From: an uncultured Gammaproteobacteria bacterium
GTDB taxonomy: Bacteria; Patescibacteriota; Patescibacteriia; UBA9934
DNA length: 64,000 bases
NCBI GenBank assembly: GCA_964372415.1
Contig: CAYJQH010000003.1
Location: 24,923 to 88,922, forward strand
Direction of reading: 5' to 3'
In this document: piece after piece, positions 30,800-39,159 of the stretch
Layout: every line of letters begins with the position of its first letter
Position numbering within the stretch: position 1 is the first letter of the stretch
Program-made: the position numbers and the translations under genes
Notes under the pieces: generated by a model
Database searches by the model: none
What the model saw: only the letters and a program-made list of their open reading frames with translations
Told to the model about the DNA's origin: nothing

Positions 30800-30814
30800 G
30801 TACTGAAAACCTAT

Positions 30815-30848
30815 CCAAGTTTGGCCATCTTCGTCGTCGTTCGCTCCG
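30815..30848 (-). promoter_or_regulatory. Conserved leader block 5' of tRNA-Arg(TCT), paralogous to 24401-24435
   Basis: 34 of 35 nt identical to the block upstream of tRNA-Arg(CCT). Confidence 0.4.
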
Positions 30849-30913
30849 TCGGACTCACCGTACTTGTAAGTACGCCTCGTCCTTACTCGCTCACTCCTAG
30901 AATCTGACCAAAC

Positions 30914-30942
30914 TTAATAGGTTTTCTCATAAATTTGAGCAA
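30914..30942 (-). promoter_or_regulatory. Candidate sigma-70 promoter for tRNA-Arg(TCT): -35 TTGCTC, 17-nt spacer, -10 TATTAA
   Basis: Minus-strand read TTGCTCaaatttatgagaaaaccTATTAAg. Predicts a ~100-nt leader containing the conserved block. Confidence 0.4.
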
Positions 30943-30986
30943 ACAAGATACCAAATTTTTTACAAAAAATCAAGTCTAGTGTCGAA

Positions 30987-31925
30987 CTACGATCCACTAT
31001 CTACTTCCTTATTTTTATCATGAAACTCTTTGTACACCCGCTTTAGCTCTTTGTCTGTCACATGCGTGTAGACCTGGGTGGTGGTAATCGACGCATGACC
31101 AAGGAGTGACTGCACCGCTCGGATGTCGGCGCCGTTTCTTAAAAGGTCCGTCGCATAGGTGTGGCGAAGCGTATGGGGGGTGACGCGCTTGGTAATACCC
31201 GCTTCGCGAGCATAACGGTCAACAATGCGCTGCACCGAGCGAGGCGTGAGCGGCTGCGCTTCGGTTTGCGCGGCCTTTGCCCGATCGTGACGCACGAACA
31301 TAAACGGGGAAGTGTCGCGCCGCTTGTCGAGGTAAGTACGAACCGCTTTCTTCGCTCGATCTGACAAGAAAACTACCCGATGTTTTTGTCCTTTGCCCAC
31401 AACCGTGAACTCGTCCTGCTTTAAATTCACGTCCTCAACCTTGAGCGAAGCAAGTTCTGACACCCGAAGCCCAGTTGAAAACAACAATTCAAGAATTGCC
31501 TTGTCACGGATACCGACAATTGTCGGATCAGCTTCCGGAGCAGCAATCAAACGGAGGAGTTCTTCTGGTTCTAAGAAAGCCACTTGGCGCGTTCCTTGTT
31601 TGGCGAGCTCGATTTTTTCAGGCGCGAGCGTCTTAATGTCACGCTTGGAGAGATATTTAAGGAAAGTACGGAGAGCAATTAGGTGATAATTTTGGGTATT
31701 CTTTTTAATTTGACCCTCAAGGCGACCCGCGACATTGCGATTTAAAAACAGTCTGTATTTTCGAATAAGTTCTAAGTCAATTTCGGCTGGAGCAGGCAAT
31801 TTTGCCCACTTGGCAAATCGTTGAAGATAAAAATGATAATTCCGGACCGTCTTATCAGAGCGTCCGCGCTCAATTTCCAAGTATTCAAGGAATTCTTTAA
31901 TGAGTTCGTTTAAAGCTTTGGCCAT
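30987..31925 (-). CDS. Tyrosine site-specific recombinase, XerC/XerD-like integrase
   Basis: N-terminal SAM-like domain plus C-terminal catalytic domain with R...HTLRHTYATDLLRNGADIRAVQSLLGHASITTTQVYTHV (catalytic Tyr). 190 nt from tRNA-Arg(TCT). Confidence 0.8.
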   Translation of the reverse strand: MAKALNELIKEFLEYLEIERGRSDKTVRNYHFYLQRFAKWAKLPAPAEIDLELIRKYRLFLNRNVAGRLEGQIKKNTQNYHLIALRTFLKYLSKRDIKTLAPEKIELAKQGTRQVAFLEPEELLRLIAAPEADPTIVGIRDKAILELLFSTGLRVSELASLKVEDVNLKQDEFTVVGKGQKHRVVFLSDRAKKAVRTYLDKRRDTSPFMFVRHDRAKAAQTEAQPLTPRSVQRIVDRYAREAGITKRVTPHTLRHTYATDLLRNGADIRAVQSLLGHASITTTQVYTHVTDKELKRVYKEFHDKNKEVDSGS

Positions 31926-31934
31926 GTTGGATGT

Positions 31935-32213
31935 TTAAGCGACCTTGCGGCCACGGGCGATATCAGTAAAATTCTGGCGTTCGCGACCAATTTCGCGTTT
32001 AAAGTTAGCCAACTTGGTACGCAACTCACTGGCTTGATCACGTAAAGCCTGAGCCTTATCCAAATCTTCCTCGGTCGAAATTTGCTTATTTAGCTGAGCC
32101 AGCTCGACTTCGAGTTCTGCGTAGCGGGTCTCAAGCTGTAAAACACTCGGGTCACCAAAAGTATGAGCGATCTCTGTGCCGTGCATTCTGCCTTCGGATT
32201 TATGGTCCTGCAT
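31935..32213 (-). CDS. Hypothetical coiled-coil protein (92 aa)
   Basis: Heptad-rich (LQLETRYAELEVELAQLNKQ...). Co-oriented with and 10 nt upstream of the recombinase gene. Confidence 0.35.
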   Translation of the reverse strand: MQDHKSEGRMHGTEIAHTFGDPSVLQLETRYAELEVELAQLNKQISTEEDLDKAQALRDQASELRTKLANFKREIGRERQNFTDIARGRKVA

Positions 32214-32353
32214 AGATGCTTATGACTTATTCCTCCATGCGTCGTACATTATACCAAGTCTTCAGGCTCGGCGGGCGATGCTATTGTGCGTGGTCGCCGC
32301 TCCCTCCTTAGTCGGAGGCTATACCTTTAAATACCTGTGCATCGCCTAAGGGG

Positions 32354-32968
32354 TTGAAAGAACGGCAGTTGGGCAGTACTCTTGTAACCAACGAGAATCA
32401 ATTTCATTTCTACTGTATGAATAGAGAAGTCATGGGTGGGCCAGAAGGTAAAGAAATTCCTAACAAAGAACTGTCCGAGCAGCTCAAAGGCGACCTAGCG
32501 CAGGCAGAAGACAGTGTAAATAATTTTGAACAAGAATTTACCGCCATGAAGCACGTGGGAGAAGTGGCTGGCGAGAAAGGGGATCTAGCCAGTAAGGAAG
32601 TTCTCAATCGCTCTGCTGATGAAGGCAAAAAGGGATGGGATGAAGATTATCGGAAAGCCAAAGAAACGCGCAGCCGTTTGGTGGCCATGGAAAAAACTCT
32701 AGAGGCTTGGCCAGAAGTGAGCAATCAAGCAGTTGTCGAGCTTGCTAATTATGCGCTTTCACGAGGAGATACAGAATTTCTTAAAGAAAATGCTGACCTT
32801 ATCAAGAGTGCCGCCCTGGACCGCGCTGAACGTCTAGGGAAGGAGATGAGCGACGCACCTATGCCGACTTTCAAGAATAAGGAGGATATCAGTAAATATA
32901 TCGAAGATGGGCGAAACAACAGCCAATTTATGGCTAGGTTTGTAGAAATTCTCAAAGCCATAGAATAA
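32354..32968 (+). CDS. Hypothetical protein (about 180-200 aa, charged/helical)
   Basis: ORF only. Probable start at internal Met (MNREVMGG... or MGGPEGKE). No motif recognised. Confidence 0.35.
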   Translation: MKERQLGSTLVTNENQFHFYCMNREVMGGPEGKEIPNKELSEQLKGDLAQAEDSVNNFEQEFTAMKHVGEVAGEKGDLASKEVLNRSADEGKKGWDEDYRKAKETRSRLVAMEKTLEAWPEVSNQAVVELANYALSRGDTEFLKENADLIKSAALDRAERLGKEMSDAPMPTFKNKEDISKYIEDGRNNSQFMARFVEILKAIE

Positions 32969-33080
32969 ATTGACAGAGTAAGGTTTTTTCGCTATTGTCA
33001 GTCCATAAATCACTGCCGGTTCTCTTGGTTCCAGGCTTGAGCCCCTTGAACTCGGTTAACTCGGACGAAATTTTGTAACT

Positions 33081-33353
33081 ATGCTCGATAAGGGAAAGAA
33101 AGAGAAGGTTATCAAGAAATTCCGCACGCACGATAAGGACACGGGTTCACCGCAGGTTCAGATCGCGCTCCTCTCGGCTCAGATCCAAAAGCTGACCGAT
33201 CACCTAAAGACCCACCGTAATGACGTGAGCTCACGTCGCGGTCTCATTAAGATGGTCTCGGAACGTCGTGGGTTACTCAAGTACCTCGAGCGCGAAAACC
33301 CCAAGGTCTTCGCCAAGGTAGCGGAAGAACTCAAGCTCAAAATCAAGGAATAA
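33081..33353 (+). CDS. rpsO: 30S ribosomal protein S15
   Basis: 90 aa, TGSPQVQIALLSAQIQKLTDHLKTHRNDVSSRRGLIKMVSERRGLLKYL. Confidence 0.9.
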   Translation: MLDKGKKEKVIKKFRTHDKDTGSPQVQIALLSAQIQKLTDHLKTHRNDVSSRRGLIKMVSERRGLLKYLERENPKVFAKVAEELKLKIKE

Positions 33354-33431
33354 TTACCCCCGCACTTTTCCCTGGCTGTGATTGTCACAGCTAGGGGATG
33401 GTGCGGGACTTTTCAAAATTTTTAAAACCAT

Positions 33432-34109
33432 ATGCTCGATTTTAGCAATCGGCGCGTCGGTGTTTTCATCGACGTCCAAAACATGTATTACAGTGCACGA
33501 AATATTTACGGCAGTAAGGTTAATTTCGGAAAGATCGTTGAAAAAACATCAGAAAACAATAAGCTTATCCGCGCCATTGCCTATACCGTCTCCACCAAAT
33601 CCGGTGACGAGACTCCCTTTTTTGAAGCCCTCCATAACCTCGGTATTGAAGTTAACACCAAAGAACTTCTCGAATACACCTCGGGCCATAAAAAAGGTGA
33701 TTGGGATGTTGGTATCACAATTGATGTCATTCGCACGCTCGACATGCTTGATGAGGTGGTAATTGTATCTGGTGATGGCGACTTTGTGCCGCTTGGTGAG
33801 TACGTAAAAAATCGTGGCCGACTATTTCATGTTGCCTCATTCCGCGAATCGACCTCAAGCAAACTCGTTGAAGCTGCCGACATCTATACCAATCTTTCCG
33901 ACGATCTCCCCAGCTTTTTAATTCGTGATCCTAAGTATCGTTCACCACAATTCCGTCGCTCGTCCGTTGATACCTTCGAAGATGTGATCGCTGAACAAGC
34001 CCAAAGTGGGGCTATCGAAACACCGGCTCGGGAGACACCCTCCCAACCAACCTCATCTAATGGGGGAGGAACGGAGACCAAGCCGCGCCGTCGTCCTGTG
34101 AAAAAATAG
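33432..34109 (+). CDS. NYN/LabA-like (PIN-related) domain protein with C-terminal basic tail
   Basis: VGVFIDVQNMYYS...IVSGDGDF (NYN catalytic Asp cluster), followed by a low-complexity PRRRPVKK tail. Inserted between rpsO and pnp. Confidence 0.7.
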   Translation: MLDFSNRRVGVFIDVQNMYYSARNIYGSKVNFGKIVEKTSENNKLIRAIAYTVSTKSGDETPFFEALHNLGIEVNTKELLEYTSGHKKGDWDVGITIDVIRTLDMLDEVVIVSGDGDFVPLGEYVKNRGRLFHVASFRESTSSKLVEAADIYTNLSDDLPSFLIRDPKYRSPQFRRSSVDTFEDVIAEQAQSGAIETPARETPSQPTSSNGGGTETKPRRRPVKK

Positions 34110-34191
34110 AATGGGTAACGTCGAGGCTCCGAGGCAATCCAGAGATAAATTAAGGGATCTCTTCGGAACCTTCCGTCACCTATCCTTAATC

Positions 34192-34251
34192 GGTCAACCA
34201 GAGACAGCGAGGTTTTGAGCACAGCTCAAGATCTTAAGCCTCTGGTCGACC
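34192..34251 (+). promoter_or_regulatory. Long stem-loop in the pnp 5' leader (candidate RNase III / autoregulatory hairpin)
   Basis: GGTCAACCAGAG...(36-nt loop)...CTCTGGTCGACC, a 12-bp stem with one G:U, ending 6 nt before the pnp start codon. Confidence 0.45.
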
Positions 34252-34257
34252 TCTGTT

Positions 34258-36480
34258 ATGCAAGTGAAACAATATTCTATTGAATTCGGAGGCAAACCTC
34301 TGACTATTGAGGTTGGCAAGTTCGCTCCTGGAGCAAACGGTAGCTGCACTGTGCGCTATGGCGATACCGTCGTCTTGGCTACCGCCGTGCTCTCTAAAGA
34401 CAAGCGTCCTGGGCTAGATTTCTTCCCTCTCATGGTGGAGTTTGAAGAAAAACTTTACGCCGCTGGTCGTATTAAAGGCTCCCGTTTCATAAAACGAGAG
34501 GGTCGCCCAACCGACGAAGCCATTTTGGTTGCTCGGTACATTGACCGCGCCATCCGACCGCTATTTGATCATCGAATTACGAACGATGTCCAAATCATAG
34601 TCACCGTACTTGCTTTCGACGGCAAAAACGACGCTGACGTGCCCGGCCTAATTGCTGCCTCGTGCGCGCTCCATATTTCTGATATTCCCTGGGACGGTCC
34701 GATTGCCGTAGCGCGCGTTAACAAACTTGATGGCAAGTTTTTCCTAAACGGCACCTACGCTGAACGAACTCTGGCTCGTTTTGATGTGGAGGTTGCTGGG
34801 ACCTCGGAAAAAGTACTCATGCTCGAAGCTGGTTGTGATGAAGCCCCGGAAGATGAAATTATCGAGGCCATCGCCTTTGGTCGTGACAGTCTTAAGCCAG
34901 TAACTGAGCTCATTAAAAAAATTCGTGATGAGATGGGCAAGACAAAACGCGATCTAGTCACACCAAAAACCGATGAAGACAAGGTTATCGCCGATAAGAA
35001 ATCAGATCTTCACGCACTTGTTGAACCATTTGTTCAAAAACAAGTCGAAGAGTTGTTCTTTGGCGCCCCCAAGGCCAGCAAAATGGAACGTGCTTTAGCC
35101 AAAGACGAGGTCAAGGCTCGAACAGCAGCTTTTCTTAAGGAGCAGGGTCAAGATAACGAAGGGATAAAACTTGGCATGAGTCTCGTCGCCGACATCATTG
35201 AAGAAGAAATTGGGCGAAAAATCTTAAATGAAAAACGTCGAGTTGACGGTCGTGGCATTGACGATATTCGCTCACTCCATGCTGAAGTTGCACTCTTGCC
35301 GTGCGTCCACGGCAGTGGCTACTTTATGCGCGGCGAAACAAATATCCTCTCGATCTGTACCCTGGGTGCCCCTGGCGATAAACAAACCTTGGATGGCATG
35401 GAACTTGTAGGCGAACGACGCTTCATGCATCACTACAATTTTCCACCGTTTGCGGTTGGCGAAGCCAAACCGCTGCGTGGCGCTGGTCGCCGTGAGATTG
35501 GTCACGGAGCGCTCGCAGAAAAAGCAGTGCAGTACATGATTCCAGACGCTGAGACCTTCCCATATGCGATTCGCGTTGTGTCTGAAACCTTAAATTCGAA
35601 TGGTTCAAGCTCCATGGGCTCAACCTGTGGCACAAGTTTAGCGCTCATGGACGCTGGCGTACCAATTAAGGCTCCGGTTGCCGGTATTGCTATGGGCCTC
35701 GCGAGTGATGGCAAGCGTTATCAGGTTATTACCGATCTCCAGGACCTAGAAGATGGTGAGGGAGGTATGGATTTTAAGATTACAGGCACCGAAAAGGGTA
35801 TTACTGCCATTCAATTAGACACCAAAACTGACGGTCTGCCGCACGATGTAGTAGTTGAAACCGTCACCCGCGCGCGTACAGCACGTCTTAAAATCTTGGA
35901 CGTAATGAAGCAAGCTATCGCGGTGCCGCGAACTGAACTTTCACCAAACGCACCGCGCATCGTTAAGTTGCGAATTAATCCCGACAAAATTCGCGAAGTA
36001 ATTGGTCCGGGCGGTAAAATGATTAACGACATCATCGCGAAGACCGGCGTGACAACTATCGACATCGAACAGGACGGTCTCGTTCTCATTACCTCGGTAA
36101 ATGCAGAGGCGGCCAAAGCTGCGTTTGATTGGATTAATAATCTGACACGTGAAGTAGCGGTTGGCGAGGAATTCACGGGTAAAGTAGTACGACTCATGGA
36201 TTTCGGCGCTTTTGTCGAAATTTTGCCCGGCAAAGATGGTCTCGTACATATCTCAGAACTTGCTCCTTGGCGTGTTGCACAAGTCACCGACGTGGTAAAC
36301 CTCGGCGACACAGTTAACGTTAAAGTTATCGAAATTGATGAAAAGGGGAGGGTAAATTTATCAATGAAACAAGCTAGCAAAGAAAATAGTTATACTGACG
36401 AGATGAAAAGCAAGGCCATGACTGGCCCGGCCATCGGGCGCCCGCCAAGGAGCGGTGGCCGTCCCTCACGTGACCGCTAA
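34258..36480 (+). CDS. pnp: Polynucleotide phosphorylase
   Basis: 740 aa. Two RNase PH domains, KH (..IGPGGKMINDII..) and S1 (..GKVVRLMDFGAFVEILPGKDGLVHISEL..), plus a C-terminal basic tail. Confidence 0.9.
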   Translation: MQVKQYSIEFGGKPLTIEVGKFAPGANGSCTVRYGDTVVLATAVLSKDKRPGLDFFPLMVEFEEKLYAAGRIKGSRFIKREGRPTDEAILVARYIDRAIRPLFDHRITNDVQIIVTVLAFDGKNDADVPGLIAASCALHISDIPWDGPIAVARVNKLDGKFFLNGTYAERTLARFDVEVAGTSEKVLMLEAGCDEAPEDEIIEAIAFGRDSLKPVTELIKKIRDEMGKTKRDLVTPKTDEDKVIADKKSDLHALVEPFVQKQVEELFFGAPKASKMERALAKDEVKARTAAFLKEQGQDNEGIKLGMSLVADIIEEEIGRKILNEKRRVDGRGIDDIRSLHAEVALLPCVHGSGYFMRGETNILSICTLGAPGDKQTLDGMELVGERRFMHHYNFPPFAVGEAKPLRGAGRREIGHGALAEKAVQYMIPDAETFPYAIRVVSETLNSNGSSSMGSTCGTSLALMDAGVPIKAPVAGIAMGLASDGKRYQVITDLQDLEDGEGGMDFKITGTEKGITAIQLDTKTDGLPHDVVVETVTRARTARLKILDVMKQAIAVPRTELSPNAPRIVKLRINPDKIREVIGPGGKMINDIIAKTGVTTIDIEQDGLVLITSVNAEAAKAAFDWINNLTREVAVGEEFTGKVVRLMDFGAFVEILPGKDGLVHISELAPWRVAQVTDVVNLGDTVNVKVIEIDEKGRVNLSMKQASKENSYTDEMKSKAMTGPAIGRPPRSGGRPSRDR

Positions 36481-36494
36481 CAATTCGTTCGTCC

Positions 36495-37724
36495 ATGATT
36501 GACTATCGTTTGTCTATTCCGCTTCAAGATATTACCCCCGCCACGGCTCGTCTGTGGCGGGTGGTTCGTGTCACAAGTCTGATCGGGCTCGGCGTTCTTA
36601 TTGGTATCTTATGTTTTCGCCTAATCACTTTTTGGCCCCGAATAAATAACTGGCCAGAGGGAGCGACAACTGCTATCTACCTTCAAAAAACATCAGAAAA
36701 CTTAATGGTTAGCGGCGATGTCCTAGCCGATAGACTGATCAATCAAAAAATACCCTCATCGATCTTTGAAGAATTAGCTCATTCCGAGCGTGGCATAACC
36801 CTTTTCTTTGATCAACAAGGACAAGTCTTGGGCTTTGCGACTGATCGCAAGCTATCGGCCCGGGAATTGGCGGTTTATGATCTTTGGGGACTTACAATTC
36901 AAACTCACGGCCGTTTAACTATTGTGAGTCAATCGGAGACCGAAAGGTTGTCGCGTGTCTCGTTCGCTTGGTCGTCGATCTGGCCGCAGAACGACGGTTT
37001 CGTGGCTATTAAAAGCGATAAGGTACATATCAGCCCCATAAGTCTCACCCCATTTTACATAACTGTGCGCGGAGATTTTGCTGACTATCTCGCAGACTCT
37101 CACCTAGACCTTCCAGAACAAACAAGCCTTTCAGCTGCCTGGAGCACACCTAAAGTACTAGCCCCCAAGTTAATACCCATGATTCCGAGCAGTTTCCCTG
37201 GTCTTCAGGAACTGCGCCAAATTATGATTGAGCATGGCTTCTCGATGCTTTTAGGGTCAGACACGCAAGGCACAAGCTTTTCTCTCTATATTAGAACGGA
37301 GATCGATCCAGAAAACCTAGCAAAAGCCGTATCTGAACTTCTTCAAATCAGTAATTTGTCTACACAGGACTGGACATTTGACGGAAATAACTATCTCGAG
37401 CTTCGTGGGCAAGAGGTAACAGTTGAATTAGCTCATGACACCAACCTCGATCGGGTAGTGGCTGAGGCTCAAAATGGGCAGATCGTACGCGCAAGCCAAG
37501 CTAATAATACCCTAATAATCAGCAATAGAATTTTGGATATTTCGCAAACTTCAGAGAAAAAATATGGCTTATGCTCAAAACAGGCTCAAGGATTCATTCA
37601 ACCCTTGTCGCTCGCCAAGATTCTCCCTTTACAAAACGTTTACGGACCGAACGACTTCTCCAGTCTAGTTCTAGGATTAACTGAAATTTCCTGGTCAAAA
37701 ACGAAAATTTGGTTTTGTTGGTGA
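36495..37724 (+). CDS. Hypothetical membrane-anchored protein (409 aa)
   Basis: Single N-terminal TM helix. No conserved motif recognised. The stop overlaps the first DnaA box of the downstream cluster. Confidence 0.45.
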   Translation: MIDYRLSIPLQDITPATARLWRVVRVTSLIGLGVLIGILCFRLITFWPRINNWPEGATTAIYLQKTSENLMVSGDVLADRLINQKIPSSIFEELAHSERGITLFFDQQGQVLGFATDRKLSARELAVYDLWGLTIQTHGRLTIVSQSETERLSRVSFAWSSIWPQNDGFVAIKSDKVHISPISLTPFYITVRGDFADYLADSHLDLPEQTSLSAAWSTPKVLAPKLIPMIPSSFPGLQELRQIMIEHGFSMLLGSDTQGTSFSLYIRTEIDPENLAKAVSELLQISNLSTQDWTFDGNNYLELRGQEVTVELAHDTNLDRVVAEAQNGQIVRASQANNTLIISNRILDISQTSEKKYGLCSKQAQGFIQPLSLAKILPLQNVYGPNDFSSLVLGLTEISWSKTKIWFCW

Positions 37725-37726
37725 TG

Positions 37727-37798
37727 TGTGGATAAATCCTGGATAACATCATACTTATCCACAAATAACCAAATGCTTGTTCGGATGATTTATCCACA
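37727..37798. promoter_or_regulatory. DnaA-box cluster: three perfect plus one near-perfect TTATCCACA boxes in 72 nt
   Basis: TGTGGATAA (37727-37735), ccTGGATAA (37738-37746, 7/9), TTATCCACA (37755-37763), TTATCCACA (37790-37798). First two inverted, last two direct. Followed by an AT-rich stretch and a ~530-nt ORF-free gap. Confidence 0.6.
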
Positions 37799-38328
37799 TG
37801 TACTGTATTTAGATAATGTTTATAAGGGCTAGATGAGTGTTTACAAAATGTGTTCAGTCTATGGTATAGTATTTTTTGCAAACGTTCTTTACACAATCCC
37901 GTCATGCCTCAAGCGAAAGCTAGAGGTTATGACTTAGGGGAAGTTTCCCGAAGACCCCACAATCATTCTTCGGGAAATACCTCACTGCTGTACTGTCCTA
38001 GACACCACCCATAACCACGTGGGCTTACTTGCTGAGCCCTTGAACGTGTTGTGCAAGCAAGGCGCACCCCGGGATGGTAGAGCAGGTCTGTCACTCGTCT
38101 GACATGCGTCCAGAGACCCGAGAGACGTTGAGTTTTTTCGAAATTCGCAATAAATTAAAGAATTTCGCAAAAACCCAACGCCTCCCTGTGGATCTGACCT
38201 CATGTCGTCCCACAGGGGACGTTATCGCCCAGGATTTTTGCATCCGCCTGTAAGCGCTACGCCCCCTTTTCTCTTTTTCGTCCCTCTGCTACTGTCCAAC
38301 ATAACCCTGACTCACGTTCATTGATGTT

Positions 38329-38703
38329 ATGAAAGAAAAATTTTTAGAAGAAATGAAAAATTCTCTTCTTGAAGAGAAAAAACGCCTGGAAACAGAGCTG
38401 TCACGCTTTACACACCGCAATCCCAAGGCTGCTGGCACTGATTTTGATGCTGATTATCCAAATTTTGGTGAGTCGGAGGACGAAAACGCGGCCGAAGTCG
38501 CCCAGTTTGGCGACAATCTGTCCCTAGAACAAGAACTTGAATCTGCCTTAAAAGACGTTGAATCAGCCATGAAGGCGGTTGATAACGGCTCGTACGGTAC
38601 TTGTAAGTACTGTAAGCAAAAAATTTCTGAAGAGCGTCTCCGGGCTAGACCGACATCAACATCTTGCGTTGTGTGCAAAAAAACGCTTACGCAGGAGGTT
38701 TAA
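38329..38703 (+). CDS. DksA/TraR-family C4 zinc-finger protein
   Basis: Coiled-coil N-terminus and C-terminal CxxC-(17)-CxxC finger (CKYCKQKI...CVVCKK). Confidence 0.7.
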   Translation: MKEKFLEEMKNSLLEEKKRLETELSRFTHRNPKAAGTDFDADYPNFGESEDENAAEVAQFGDNLSLEQELESALKDVESAMKAVDNGSYGTCKYCKQKISEERLRARPTSTSCVVCKKTLTQEV

Positions 38704-39131
38704 CGCTGCTCGCCATTGGCCTTATTGATGCCTGGCTTAAGGTCTACGCCTTGCAACATTTCCCCGAGGAGCAGACTGCTCCACTGGCAGCTTTTTTTTC
38801 GCTAGCTGTTCATAAAAATCCTGGGATTATATTCGATATTCCGCTCCCTTTTTGGTTCACTGCACCCATTACTCTGATTCTAATAATAATTCTTTTAGCC
38901 ATGACTCGGCGGGGAATCGTTCAAAAAGAAGCGCTCCTTTTTTTAGGTGCCTGGTCGGCCATCGTTGGTGCCACAAATAATTTTTTCGACCGCTTGATCA
39001 ACGGCTTCACCACTGATTACCTCATTTTTTTCCGACTTTCTGCAATCAACTTGTCGGATGTGCTTATCTGCCTTGGCATCGCCTTACTCCTTTGTTACCG
39101 TCCAACTAACTCCCGCGCACAGCAAAACTAA
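38664..39131 (+). CDS. lspA: Lipoprotein signal peptidase II
   Basis: Four TM helices with LspA motifs (VHKNPGIIF; TNNFFDRLINGFTTDYL; AINLSDVLICLG). The true start is uncertain. TTG 38664 overlaps the upstream gene, and a CTG at 38706 follows a GGAGG. Confidence 0.7.
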   Translation: MRCVQKNAYAGGLTLLAIGLIDAWLKVYALQHFPEEQTAPLAAFFSLAVHKNPGIIFDIPLPFWFTAPITLILIIILLAMTRRGIVQKEALLFLGAWSAIVGATNNFFDRLINGFTTDYLIFFRLSAINLSDVLICLGIALLLCYRPTNSRAQQN

Positions 39132-39159
39132 TAATTCTACTCCCACAAACCATTTGGTT

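Noticed and set aside
37800-38330. RNase P RNA, tmRNA or SRP RNA in the 600-nt gap
   Set aside because: None of the universal signatures is present on either strand: RNase P GGAAAGUCCGGGCUCC and ACAGAA, tmRNA tRNA-like ends and tag ORF, SRP GGAAGCAGC. Only a weak 3' SRP-like resemblance was seen. This is kept as an open ncRNA possibility in findings, not as a feature.
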